Source of the DNA: Alphaproteobacteria bacterium
Lineage (GTDB): Bacteria; Pseudomonadota; Alphaproteobacteria; Rs-D84; JAERRO01
NCBI GenBank assembly: GCA_016735395.1
Contig: JAERRO010000007.1
Span: forward strand, 1 to 54,437
Direction of reading: 5' to 3'
Length of the DNA: 54,437 bases
The notes beneath the pieces were generated by a model. The model was not told the DNA's origin and ran no database searches. It saw only the letters and a program-made list of their open reading frames with translations. Both the position numbers and the translations under genes were made by a program. Shown one piece after another: positions 26,502 to 36,749 of this stretch. Position 1 is the first letter of the stretch. Every line of letters begins with the position of its first letter.

Positions 26502-28147
26502 ATTCTATCCTTTTTATTTTGCGATGCTATATATTTTTGAATGTATTCTCTTCTAGTAAAAATATCGTCAAATGCCGGCAGTTTTATATTAACGACGGAC
26601 TTCAACAGATCTGGAAAATTACTATCGACGATCTCTTGAAAGTCTTCTACAGAGATTTTGTTATTATCATTTTTTGCATATTCTGTTATGAATGTACTTA
26701 TCATAAATTGCAGAAGTTCGTTAATTTTATCGTTATAGATATCTATATATTCGATCTCTGGCACATCTAGAATTAGATCTGGGTTCATAAAAATGACCTT
26801 GACTATTTCTCTATCGAAGTAGGAGGTTTGCACTGACGGAATTTTATTTAATTTAGTTTTCTTCTTATACCGTGAGAACCGAAAAATTTTATCCTTTATG
26901 TCGGAGGTATAGTTTCTTTTAAGGATATTATCTTTAATCTCTGCGATGTCGTTTATCAGATTCAGTTCTGCTTTAGCCCTATGATTAGGATCATCTTGGT
27001 TTATATTTTTAAAATGAAATTGGAATAGGAACTCTGGTATATTGAGGCTACCTTCGACAATCTCATAGAATTTTTGTTTACCATTTTCCATAATAATCTG
27101 GTCTGGGTCTTTATCCAACGGCAGAGTTACAACGGTAAAAATATTATTAACATTGATATCTGGCAACAGCCGTTTAGTCGCACGATAGCTAGCATTAAGT
27201 CCTGCGGTATCACCATCGAAACACAGGATCGGTATACATTGTCTCTTCCACAGATTTTGCATTTGTAGTACAGAAATAGCGGTACCTAGAGTTGCTACGG
27301 TATTATTTATATTGACATTTGTCAGTGCAATTACATCGATATAACCTTCTACTACGATGATATCTTTTTGCCTAGAATCGATTGCATTTCTAAAGTTAAA
27401 AAGGACGGTCTTCTTCGAGAAAAGTCTATTTTCGGCAGAATTGATATATTTAGGCATCTGTTGATCATCTAGAACTCTACCACCAAAAGCGATACACCTA
27501 TTCTTATAATCTAAAACTGGAAACATAATTCTTCCGTAGAATGCATCATATTTACGATTTTGTTTACTAGTTTTAATGATACCTAGAGCTTGAGCAATTT
27601 CCACCCATTTTTGTTTATCGGCAGGAATATCGTCTATAAAACTTTTGTACTTCGGAGAGAATCCTAGAGCTTGACTTTTGATAGTATCGAGAGAGAGTTT
27701 ACGACTACTGGTCAGATATTGCAAAGACGAAGAATTTGCTAGAAGTTGTTTATGATACCAAGATTTGAGCCATTCCATAAATTCTATATCGAGTTGAAAT
27801 TGAGATATTTTTTCTTTATCTTTGGCAGAATATTTAGGGAGTTGCACTCCGGATCTATCGGCAAGTTCTTTTAATGCCTCTGGAAAAGACAACTTTTTAA
27901 AATCTATCAGCCATTGAAAGGCATCGCCTGAAACTTCACAACCGAAGCAGTGGTAGAAACCTTTATCGTCATTGATGTGGAAAGAGGGGGTCTTTTCGTT
28001 ATGAAATGGACAGCAGGATACGAAAGTATTTCCCCGCCGTTGCAAGGAGATACTATCTCCTATCAGTTCGGAGAGGACAGTCCTTTGAACGATTTCACTT
28101 TTAATTCTATCTTCGATCATACTTAACCTATTATTTTGAGTCATCAA
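26498..28147 (-). CDS. dnaG: DNA primase
   Basis: CPFHNEKTPSF..HCFGC zinc finger, FGGR, KYINS, VEGYID, FDGD, DPD. Confidence 0.97.
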   Translation of the reverse strand: MMTQNNRLSMIEDRIKSEIVQRTVLSELIGDSISLQRRGNTFVSCCPFHNEKTPSFHINDDKGFYHCFGCEVSGDAFQWLIDFKKLSFPEALKELADRSGVQLPKYSAKDKEKISQFQLDIEFMEWLKSWYHKQLLANSSSLQYLTSSRKLSLDTIKSQALGFSPKYKSFIDDIPADKQKWVEIAQALGIIKTSKQNRKYDAFYGRIMFPVLDYKNRCIAFGGRVLDDQQMPKYINSAENRLFSKKTVLFNFRNAIDSRQKDIIVVEGYIDVIALTNVNINNTVATLGTAISVLQMQNLWKRQCIPILCFDGDTAGLNASYRATKRLLPDINVNNIFTVVTLPLDKDPDQIIMENGKQKFYEIVEGSLNIPEFLFQFHFKNINQDDPNHRAKAELNLINDIAEIKDNILKRNYTSDIKDKIFRFSRYKKKTKLNKIPSVQTSYFDREIVKVIFMNPDLILDVPEIEYIDIYNDKINELLQFMISTFITEYAKNDNNKISVEDFQEIVDSNFPDLLKSVVNIKLPAFDDIFTRREYIQKYIASQNKKDRI

Positions 28148-28202
28148 AATGCATTATATCATAAATTGTAGTCTAGAAAGTTTAAAAATCAAATAAGATA
28201 AA

Positions 28203-28769
28203 CTAGATCCAAAATATCAAAGCTAGTAATAGGAGAGACAGTAGGATAATAAGTTTAAAATGTTTAGTAAATATAAAGTTAAACTCTTTTTGAAATTTAG
28301 AGAGTATCCAGATCGAGATTGCGAACCGCAGTCCCCTTCCAATTAAAACGGTCGTTATAAAAACAGGAAAAGACATAGAGTACATTCCGGCTACAAAAAC
28401 GGTCAACTTAAATGGCAGTATAAAAGTTGCACCTACAAAAACTACGATCCACCCATATTCTTCCATCAGTTTGTATGTTGAGGCGATTTTTTCTTGTGGT
28501 ACGATATGGTTTAAAAAAGGTTCTATTCCGTTAAAAAACAAGGCACCTAGAAAATAGCAAATTATGGCACCGATAACGGAGGAGAGTACGGCGACGATCC
28601 AAAGGTTTCTATATTTTATTTTATTTTTCAGAGCAATCAATGGCATAAAGAACATCTCTGCGGGGATATGTAGAAATATAGCCTCAAGAGCGACTAGCAG
28701 GGAAAGCAGAGGGTAAATAATTTTGGAATTTACGGTATCTTCTAAATATTTTTGAATTTTTTTCTGCAT
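28203..28769 (-). CDS. DedA/YqaA family membrane protein
   Basis: EAIF..IP.E, SSVIGA..Y..G, PFKL..AG, GRGLRF. Confidence 0.85.
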   Translation of the reverse strand: MQKKIQKYLEDTVNSKIIYPLLSLLVALEAIFLHIPAEMFFMPLIALKNKIKYRNLWIVAVLSSVIGAIICYFLGALFFNGIEPFLNHIVPQEKIASTYKLMEEYGWIVVFVGATFILPFKLTVFVAGMYSMSFPVFITTVLIGRGLRFAISIWILSKFQKEFNFIFTKHFKLIILLSLLLLALIFWI

Positions 28770-28781
28770 ATTTATGTTCTG

Positions 28782-29555
28782 TTATATATCTAAAGTTAAT
28801 TTAATAGGAGTATGATCGGATGGTTTCTCGAGCAGTCTATACTCTGTTAGTATTTCCATAGATCGAACTTTTCCGACAAGATTTTTTGTAGTTAAAAAAT
28901 AGTCTAAACAGATACCTTTATTGAGATCCCTTCTAGTATTTCTATAACTCCACCATGTATAAGAGTTTTTCGTCGGATATAGGAATCTAAATATATTGGT
29001 CCAGCCATCGGCGGTCCAGTCAGTCATAAATTTTTTAGCTTCATCCGAGTAGATTGCTAGATTTTTTATAATTTTTTCATCATAGACATCTTGAGATGCG
29101 AGAACAATGTTAAAGTCTCCAGCGATTACTATGTTATCGTATTCACCTTTGACGGTCTCTATATATTCAGAAAATTTCTTCGTCCATTCCATCTTATAGA
29201 AGAACTTTTCGGATCCTATATCTTGTCCGTTAGGCATATAGACATTTATAAACAAAGTGTTATCTATGACGGCTTGAATAAATCTAGCATTGGGATCTTC
29301 GGCAAAAGTAGGGAGTCCTTTAATGACATCTTCAGCCCTCGATTTAGAGACAATAGCTACCCCATTATAAGACTTCTGTCCTATGGCAGTTATATTATAC
29401 CCTATGGTATGAAAGAAATCTATCAGTTCATCTATCTTTTCCATCTTGATCTCTTGCAGAAGCAGTACATCTGGTTTTTCATTTTCTATTATCTGTTGCA
29501 CTATATGAAGTCTAGCGCGAATAGAATTTATATTAAAAGATATGACTGAAAACAT
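28782..29555 (-). CDS. xth: Exodeoxyribonuclease III
   Basis: NINSIRAR, LQEIK, YNGVAI, GDFN, YTWWSYR, SDHTP. Confidence 0.96.
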   Translation of the reverse strand: MFSVISFNINSIRARLHIVQQIIENEKPDVLLLQEIKMEKIDELIDFFHTIGYNITAIGQKSYNGVAIVSKSRAEDVIKGLPTFAEDPNARFIQAVIDNTLFINVYMPNGQDIGSEKFFYKMEWTKKFSEYIETVKGEYDNIVIAGDFNIVLASQDVYDEKIIKNLAIYSDEAKKFMTDWTADGWTNIFRFLYPTKNSYTWWSYRNTRRDLNKGICLDYFLTTKNLVGKVRSMEILTEYRLLEKPSDHTPIKLTLDI

Positions 29556-29679
29556 TTTAGATAGTAGTAAAAAAATAGTAATAAATCAAGAGGTACAACT
29601 AATTCTAAACATATTTAAACTTAGTTAACTTGCGAAATTTAAAAAAGCAAATAGACTAGTTAAAGGCGGGAGTATTATT

Positions 29680-32469
29680 ATGACTTTACAAGAATCAACT
29701 TACAAATTAAAAGTAGGATTTGAAGATTTTTACAGTTTATTATCGTCTACCGTCAAAAACGATGTTAGCGGAGACATATTGATAGTTCCGAAGTCTATAG
29801 TATCACACGGGTTAAAAGACAGACTATTAAAAAGGGGTTTTGTAGGATTATTGCCAAAAATAATGACCTGGCAGGAGATACTATCTGAATCTGGAGGTTT
29901 ATTAGTCGGCGAAAATTGGGTAGACGATAATCGGCATAAAAACATTTTTGTAATTTTATCTATTATGGAGTTCGTTCAAAAGAGAGACGACACATTAACA
30001 TATAGTCGTGCTTTCAGCGAGAGCGAGCTATTAAAAAGATGGCTAGACGGAAACGACAGAGACGGAATAGAAGACTTTTCCACGGAACTAGAGAACATAA
30101 TTAGCGAATACTCTGTCAGTTATAAAAGTTATAATCACGACAACAAGATGAACTTATTACGAGACTTTTTATCTTGGTACGAAGACAACAGTTCTAGATT
30201 TTTTTATAAAGAAAAAAGCAGACGGTTATCAAAATTGCACAATTACTTTAAGAATTTTTCAGGTTCTATCACGGGAGTCTTGACTTTAGATAATATATCA
30301 TTTGACAGGAGGGAGTTGATCCGTGGAATATCATCGAACAGTAAAAGTTGCCTAATTTTGCCTTACAGTTTTACAGAGAAACTATCCGCAGATAGTCCTA
30401 TAGACATTGATAATCAGCTTCGTAGTTTCATAGAATATACTGGAGATATGGTTCTAGAACAAGAAGAGAATTTGCAGAGCCGATTTGCGAAGATATTCGA
30501 AGGTTCTATCTTTGACGAGGGGTTAAAAAACAGAATTGTAAAGAACGGTGATATGGAAAAAGTAGAAGAGCTATTGACTACAAAATATGATGATATGTTA
30601 AATATATTATCGAGCAATCTAAACACAGACTTATTAAACGGTGAGAGACCTATAATAGTCACGGGTTGTTATGAAGAGGCATCGTTATTAGAGAATCATC
30701 TATCGGCATTAAATTTCAGTACAAATCACGAGTACCCTATAAACGGAATAGAAAGTCTGAGCGGGATATTCATAATCCAATTATACAATTTTATACTAGA
30801 AGATTTTAGCATCTCCGACCTTCTAGGAATATTACATCATCCATTTCTAAACGAGGGAGAAAATTATAAAAGTATGTTATCTTACTTTGAGAGAGAAGTA
30901 TGTCATAAAACGAGATTAACAAGTTTAGAAGATACGATTGAAGTGGCTAAAAGGTGGCTAGAATTATTACCTAACGATAAAGAACTAGAATTCGGAGAGA
31001 TTGAAAAGACAGAGATAATAAAATATGCGACAGAATTATTGGCATATCTAAAAAGTCTAAACGAAATTATAGGTTCGACTAGAAACAAAGAGAAGTCTTA
31101 TAACAAGGCGGAGTTAAAATCATTATTTACAAACATATTATCTAACATAGATACAGAGGAGCAGGATGAAAATTTATTCTTCACTAACCTATTTACATTT
31201 TTAGAAGATCTACCGAAAATTGATTTTAAATTGACCGACTTTAGGATTGTCTTAAAATATTATATAAAGGGCGAAACACATTATAGAAAAATAAAAGACA
31301 TTAGGATAGTCGATATTAGCGATATAAATTTATACAGAGATAATTATAGTAAAATTTATGCATATAATATGAGCGAAGAGAGCTGGGGCAAGAGGCAAAC
31401 TCACGAGCAGTTTCCGCCGTTACGACCGACTAGAAGCACTGCGAATTTTGAGTACGGATGCAAAAACTTTTTAAATCTATTTAGTCAGTCTAACACCAAA
31501 AAAATAGTATTTCTCCGCAGTTCTTATAAAAACGGCGAGATTCAAATCGAGTATAACATCTTGAGATATTTTAAGGAAAAATTACGATTAGCAGGTCTAT
31601 CTATTACATCGTCAAGTTATGAAGTAAATTACACTATTACTAATCAAGAAAATTTGACACCTGATTATATAAACATTTCTAGCAAGAACTTTCCTAAAGA
31701 GCTATATGTTAGTCATATAGAAAGTATAATCGACAGTAGCGAAACTTTTTATCACAAGCAGATATTGAAGTTGAGAGAAACTAGAACTTTGACTTCAAAA
31801 TGGGATTATGGGGAATTGGGCAGTCTAATTCACGAGGCTATAGAAAATTACATTAAACAGGGAGATTTTGACGGAGATCTAGAATCGTGTCTATCGTCTT
31901 TTAAGAAACATTACGAACTAAAATCGCGGGGCAATCTAGGCCAGCTATCGTATGCGATAAACAGTATAAAAAATGCTGGAACTTTTTTATATAACAATCT
32001 AGAGAATTTATACAACATAAAAAAGAGCGAAGAGAAATTAAGCGGACAACTATTTGGAGGTGTCTTCAGTGATGTTAAAACCAGTGCGGTAGTCGATTTA
32101 ATCTGTTATCAAGAAGACAAATTAAAATTTATAGACTTTAAAAGTTGGAATTTATCTAAAAAGCATTATAAAATACAGCTACCTATAATATACAAATTGC
32201 TAGAACAGAGTGTCTCGTATGAAAGTTATGCTAAAAACATTGAGTCTAACATCTGGTATCATATGAGTTCATCGAGAAATTCTAATATTGCAAAATATGA
32301 TGCTTTTACGATGGAGAAGGAATATAAATCTTTAGATGATGATTTATCGAAAAAAATAGAATATAATAATGGTATGTATAAGCTACTATTTAAAAGAAGA
32401 TCCAGAGATTTTCTATATTCTCTATTTAGATATGACAGTCGTGGGACATACGGTACTAATCTAATCTAG
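29680..32469 (+). CDS. addB: Divergent AddB-like double-strand-break repair protein (C-terminal PD-(D/E)xK nuclease)
   Basis: ILIVP, LLPKI, LLGILHHPF, GSLIHEAIE, D-x-IDFKS..QL..Y; 929 aa. Confidence 0.7.
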   Translation: MTLQESTYKLKVGFEDFYSLLSSTVKNDVSGDILIVPKSIVSHGLKDRLLKRGFVGLLPKIMTWQEILSESGGLLVGENWVDDNRHKNIFVILSIMEFVQKRDDTLTYSRAFSESELLKRWLDGNDRDGIEDFSTELENIISEYSVSYKSYNHDNKMNLLRDFLSWYEDNSSRFFYKEKSRRLSKLHNYFKNFSGSITGVLTLDNISFDRRELIRGISSNSKSCLILPYSFTEKLSADSPIDIDNQLRSFIEYTGDMVLEQEENLQSRFAKIFEGSIFDEGLKNRIVKNGDMEKVEELLTTKYDDMLNILSSNLNTDLLNGERPIIVTGCYEEASLLENHLSALNFSTNHEYPINGIESLSGIFIIQLYNFILEDFSISDLLGILHHPFLNEGENYKSMLSYFEREVCHKTRLTSLEDTIEVAKRWLELLPNDKELEFGEIEKTEIIKYATELLAYLKSLNEIIGSTRNKEKSYNKAELKSLFTNILSNIDTEEQDENLFFTNLFTFLEDLPKIDFKLTDFRIVLKYYIKGETHYRKIKDIRIVDISDINLYRDNYSKIYAYNMSEESWGKRQTHEQFPPLRPTRSTANFEYGCKNFLNLFSQSNTKKIVFLRSSYKNGEIQIEYNILRYFKEKLRLAGLSITSSSYEVNYTITNQENLTPDYINISSKNFPKELYVSHIESIIDSSETFYHKQILKLRETRTLTSKWDYGELGSLIHEAIENYIKQGDFDGDLESCLSSFKKHYELKSRGNLGQLSYAINSIKNAGTFLYNNLENLYNIKKSEEKLSGQLFGGVFSDVKTSAVVDLICYQEDKLKFIDFKSWNLSKKHYKIQLPIIYKLLEQSVSYESYAKNIESNIWYHMSSSRNSNIAKYDAFTMEKEYKSLDDDLSKKIEYNNGMYKLLFKRRSRDFLYSLFRYDSRGTYGTNLI

Positions 32470-32471
32470 AA

Positions 32472-33431
32472 TCATTCAACGGCTGTTATGGCTCTAATAC
32501 CACCATCTGCGGATAATTGAATAACATGAAACTTTTTCTTAACATCTTCGAGGAGATCCAGTTGACTATAGTGATCTGAAGTCTCTAGAATTCTATCTAC
32601 GAGAGTTTTGTATGCCCCTTGAACGGACTCTGCATGAATAGTTGTATAAAAATGCGAGTGTCCTGTATTTACGATGGACCACAAAGCAGATGCATTTTGC
32701 ATAGAAATTTCCGATCCTATTATTGCATTGGGAGAAAATCTTACTATTAGATCTATAAGATGCTGATAAGAAAATTTGTTAGTCGCTTGAGTTCTAGAGA
32801 GTATAAAATGTATATGATTTTTTTGTGGTACAGACAACTCGTGTGTATCTTCCACCGTGATAATCCTCATAGAACTTTTGAGTTGTGATATTATGTAGTT
32901 TAAAAGAGAAGTCTTCCCCGTCGCCGTTGCCCCACTAATAATAATAGGTTTACCTGATTGAATTAAAAATTGAATCTTACGAAAGGCATCGTCTGGCAAA
33001 TCATATTCTGTCTTATTGATCTGTTTCAGAGGTTGTCCCTCCTCTACATGATAAGAGCCTAGATCATACCCTCCGGCTTTTGTTGCAGTTCTAATGACGA
33101 GTGCTACTCCTCCCTTTGAGTCTTTAGAATCGAACATAACATTTTTACCGATTATTCCAGAAAATCTATGTTCTCCGGGCAGTGTTGCATATATCATAGG
33201 AAAGCCAGATTGCGGATTGAAAGACAGTTGATAAAAAGAAGAAATTATATGAAACAGATCTTGAAAATATTTTGTGGTGAGTTTTGGATCCTTTTGTTCT
33301 ACCCATTGCGGATTCATATTCCGCAGTCTCAACCAAACCGAGTGAGTATTATTGACGGCAATTTCTTCTATCCAAGGCAAAGAATACCATTTATGTAGAG
33401 GTTTTAAAATTTCATTAAGTACAATTGACAT
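32472..33431 (-). CDS. virB11: VirB11-family type IV secretion ATPase
   Basis: EEIAVN, Walker A GATATGKTS, ITVEDTHEL, His box TGH..TTIHAES. Confidence 0.85.
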   Translation of the reverse strand: MSIVLNEILKPLHKWYSLPWIEEIAVNNTHSVWLRLRNMNPQWVEQKDPKLTTKYFQDLFHIISSFYQLSFNPQSGFPMIYATLPGEHRFSGIIGKNVMFDSKDSKGGVALVIRTATKAGGYDLGSYHVEEGQPLKQINKTEYDLPDDAFRKIQFLIQSGKPIIISGATATGKTSLLNYIISQLKSSMRIITVEDTHELSVPQKNHIHFILSRTQATNKFSYQHLIDLIVRFSPNAIIGSEISMQNASALWSIVNTGHSHFYTTIHAESVQGAYKTLVDRILETSDHYSQLDLLEDVKKKFHVIQLSADGGIRAITAVE

Positions 33432-33505
33432 CGTTCTCTCCTATATAAATTATATATTAAAAAGGTTGTTTAGTAAACCCTAGAATCTACTTTGAAACAT
33501 TTCAT

Positions 33506-34330
33506 TTAAAAGCTTTTGTCTGTGTGAGCTACAGATATTATTCTCACGGATCTAGCTCCCTTCTCTAACAACTCTTTGGAACAGGAATTTGCGGTAGCAC
33601 CGGAAACTAGAACATCGTCAACGAGTAGTATATTTCTATTTTTGATATCGTCTATATATTTAACTAAAAAGGCATCTTCTAAATTTTTCCTACGGTCTTT
33701 CACAGACAGATTCTTTTGAGGGGCATCAAATTTACACCTAGTCAAAGCCCTAAAATTGATAGACACATTTACATCTTGCCTCTTCAACTTTTTATATAGA
33801 CTTTTGGCTAGCATAGCAGATTGATTGAAGCCTCTTTTAACTAATCTCTTTTTATGCAGAGGAACGGGAACTATAATTAGATCTAGATTTTTCCAGTCAT
33901 CGAGGAACGATGCATTATTATTTTCCATAAATTTCAGTGCAAGTTGTCGACCTAAAAAGTCTATTGATCTCATCTTATTATTATATTTGAGACCGAGTAT
34001 TAACTTTTTGATCAGCTCTTCGTAGATAAAACAAGTTTTGGCTTCAAAAAAATTCGGTTCATATTTATGACAGTTAAAACAGATAGTACTATCTTCGGGT
34101 TTAACTTTAGAACACAACCTACAGGAATTTTCGGAAGGCACCTTATATTTTAATTCTACAAAGCAGTTATGACAAACGGAGGAGGCTTCAGTGATAACAT
34201 TGTGGCACCCTAGACAGACATTGGGATAGATAAAACTAATAATATTCCACCCTATCTGCGATATTTTCGATCTAGTAGTTTTGAAAGATATTAAAAATTG
34301 AGGTATGTATCTTGAGTACAGTTTTACCAT
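33506..34330 (-). CDS. comF: ComF family protein (zinc ribbons plus PRTase domain)
   Basis: Four CxxC, LKY, PVPLH..R..RGFNQS, LVDDV..GAT. Confidence 0.92.
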   Translation of the reverse strand: MVKLYSRYIPQFLISFKTTRSKISQIGWNIISFIYPNVCLGCHNVITEASSVCHNCFVELKYKVPSENSCRLCSKVKPEDSTICFNCHKYEPNFFEAKTCFIYEELIKKLILGLKYNNKMRSIDFLGRQLALKFMENNNASFLDDWKNLDLIIVPVPLHKKRLVKRGFNQSAMLAKSLYKKLKRQDVNVSINFRALTRCKFDAPQKNLSVKDRRKNLEDAFLVKYIDDIKNRNILLVDDVLVSGATANSCSKELLEKGARSVRIISVAHTDKSF

Positions 34331-35742
34331 TGCATAGAGTTAACTTTATTGGAGGTACTAGACCCAAAGATATCTACTTGTTCACGACTAGGTTTACCTT
34401 TGAGTTCTATAATTTTCAAAATCATAGTATGTTTATCGCGGGGTGTGAGAACGGGAAAAATTCTTCTATTTGATATACCTTCATTATTGAGAATTTCCTC
34501 AATTACGGCTAACCTAGAAGCAGTAACCTTCTTGATTTTATCGTTAATCACAGTTTCGGTACTCATCTGAATTTGAATACCTTGATTAGGCTTTAGCAGT
34601 ATCATCTGTGCGAAGTCTTTTATAAGTTGATAGTTCATCATAGACAGAGAAGTTTTATCTTCTTGAAAATGTAGTTTAACGGCAAGTTGAGATATGCTAC
34701 CGACTTTATTTTCCCTCACATTTTTAGATACACTAGACTTCTGATTATATTCGTCGGCGATGTCTAGATCTTCATAGTGTTTTTCTCTATTATCGGCAAG
34801 CAGAGAGATATGTTTATTACTAGAAATGTATGTCGAGAAAAATTCTTTTCGAACATCTATATTATTGCTATAATCAGAACTTTTATCGTCTAAAACTTTA
34901 GTAACGATACCGTCTTCACTTGTGTTAAAAACGACAGGATTATCACTTACTTTATTATTATTTTCTTCTTTCATAGTAGAGATTATTATATCTTGAACTT
35001 GATCTTTTTCGTTGTTATCTATAAGAGAGATATTTTTTTCTTCTTCGGATTTTTTTTCAATAACAGGCAGATAGAACACCTTTTGAGAGGTCAAAGCAAA
35101 GTCGATTTTAGGTTCCGTGTTGTCTATAATATCGTCTGAATTTTCGGCTATCTCTTCCATCGTCAAGGCTTCTTCCATTGCCAGAGCTTCTTTCACAGAA
35201 AATTTCTCTTGAGAATAAAGTTTATAGAGGTCTTCATAGCGGGTATTTTCATTTGCTATATTATCTACGGCTACTATATTCTTTACTTTTTCATATTGAT
35301 TATCATCTTCTACTATATTTTTTACTTTTTCATATTGATTATCTTCTTCTACTATATTCTTTGCTTTTTCATATTGATTATCATCTTCTAGTATATCGTC
35401 TATACCTTTGAGAGTCGAACTCTTGTTCCACACATTGATAGAGAGTTTAACAGGTTTCAATTTTTCTATTGATTCATTTCTATTTACATTTCTATTAACA
35501 GGTCTTATTTTTTCTATTCTGTCTTCTTTATTATCTTCTACCCTTTTTACGGTTAACTCTTGCGGTATTTTTTTAACAGGTTCACTTTGTCTTTCGATGG
35601 AAGAAACTGAATATGCGGAAACAGTCTTCAAAGACGGGGAAGAGATATCGTTAGAGAGAAAGAAAGAAGAAGAGTGCAGTCTATCGATATTAAAAACAGC
35701 GACAACAAATGGCACTATAAAAATAATATAAAATTGTTTCAC
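34324..35742 (-). CDS. Exported acidic low-complexity protein with a degenerate OmpA-like C-terminal domain
   Basis: Hydrophobic N-terminus; 3x13-aa repeat; C-terminal LHF...L...RL..I...L...GI...RI pattern. Confidence 0.6.
   Translation of the reverse strand: MKQFYIIFIVPFVVAVFNIDRLHSSSFFLSNDISSPSLKTVSAYSVSSIERQSEPVKKIPQELTVKRVEDNKEDRIEKIRPVNRNVNRNESIEKLKPVKLSINVWNKSSTLKGIDDILEDDNQYEKAKNIVEEDNQYEKVKNIVEDDNQYEKVKNIVAVDNIANENTRYEDLYKLYSQEKFSVKEALAMEEALTMEEIAENSDDIIDNTEPKIDFALTSQKVFYLPVIEKKSEEEKNISLIDNNEKDQVQDIIISTMKEENNNKVSDNPVVFNTSEDGIVTKVLDDKSSDYSNNIDVRKEFFSTYISSNKHISLLADNREKHYEDLDIADEYNQKSSVSKNVRENKVGSISQLAVKLHFQEDKTSLSMMNYQLIKDFAQMILLKPNQGIQIQMSTETVINDKIKKVTASRLAVIEEILNNEGISNRRIFPVLTPRDKHTMILKIIELKGKPSREQVDIFGSSTSNKVNSMQW
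35272..35388. repeat. 3 x 39-nt coding tandem repeat
   Basis: Units start at 35272, 35311 and 35350; encodes E[DE]DNQYEK[AV]KNIV. Confidence 0.95.
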
Positions 35743-35915
35743 TTTCTGAACCTATGATAATAATTACATACCATAATAGCGGACTAATAGCGGTAAAATC
35801 AAGCAAAAAGTTCATAAAACATTGAGGGCGGATTATTAAGTTCTATGCAAGAAAATTTTCGGTATTGATTTCTTCAAAAGAATAGTTATACTATATCAAA
35901 TAAAAAAGGAAAAAA

Positions 35916-36206
35916 ATGCCTAAAGAAGGAATGTTGCAAGCGACTGGGATAGTGGTAAAAAAGCTACCTAACACGATGTTTAGAATTGAATTAGAAGGAG
36001 AGGAAGGCATCTCTGGTCACGAAGTACTAGCGAGCATCTCTGGCAAATTGAGAAAATTTAGAATACATATAGCTATAGGCGACAGAGTTGATCTAGAAAT
36101 GACACCTTACGATCTATCGAGAGGCAGAATTATATCTAGAGAAAAGAACAAACCTATTACTAATGACTCTACATCAAAAGACAAACCGAGTCCATCTAAA
36201 GATTAA
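35916..36206 (+). CDS. infA: Translation initiation factor IF-1
   Basis: [32 protein letters not shown]. Confidence 0.97.
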   Translation: MPKEGMLQATGIVVKKLPNTMFRIELEGEEGISGHEVLASISGKLRKFRIHIAIGDRVDLEMTPYDLSRGRIISREKNKPITNDSTSKDKPSPSKD

Positions 36207-36217
36207 AGGATACTATT

Positions 36218-36370
36218 ATGGTAAAAAGAACCTATCAACCGTCTAATCGTAAAAGAATTAGAAAGCACGGATTTTTAAAAAGAATGGCTACTAAAGCAGG
36301 AAGAAATATTCTAGCGAGACGGAGAGCCAAAAACAGAGTTCGTTTAGCTTGTAAAAAAACAAGAAATTAG
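36218..36370 (+). CDS. rpmH: 50S ribosomal protein L34 (not in the ORF track)
   Basis: Translates to [50 protein letters not shown]. Confidence 0.97.
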   Translation: MVKRTYQPSNRKRIRKHGFLKRMATKAGRNILARRRAKNRVRLACKKTRN

Positions 36371-36404
36371 TTATATTTTGACAGTTTACTGTGAGATTTA
36401 AAAT

Positions 36405-36749
36405 ATGAAGTATTATAGTAGAATGAAGAAAACGGCATCGTTTAATACCTGCTATAAGAATAAGTGGGTTAGCGCTATTGGTGTTAAAATTTTCAGATCG
36501 ACGAAGCCAAGTTTAATTCCTTTAATGGGAGTTAGTGTATCTAAAAAGAATGTTAAGAAGGCGGTCGACAGAAATAAAGTCAAAAGACTTTTACGGTCAT
36601 TATTCAGCAAATTAGAATTAGATATGACTTCCCCGTATAATAACATAGTACTAGTCGGTTATAAAGAGTTATTAGAAGCAAATTTTGAAGAGACTTTGTC
36701 CTCTATAGAGAAAATCATTAAACAGAAAAAAGAGAAGGATACAGAATGA
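36405..36749 (+). CDS. rnpA: Ribonuclease P protein component
   Basis: GVSVSKK..KAVDRNKVKRLLR; between rpmH and yidC. Confidence 0.93.
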   Translation: MKYYSRMKKTASFNTCYKNKWVSAIGVKIFRSTKPSLIPLMGVSVSKKNVKKAVDRNKVKRLLRSLFSKLELDMTSPYNNIVLVGYKELLEANFEETLSSIEKIIKQKKEKDTE

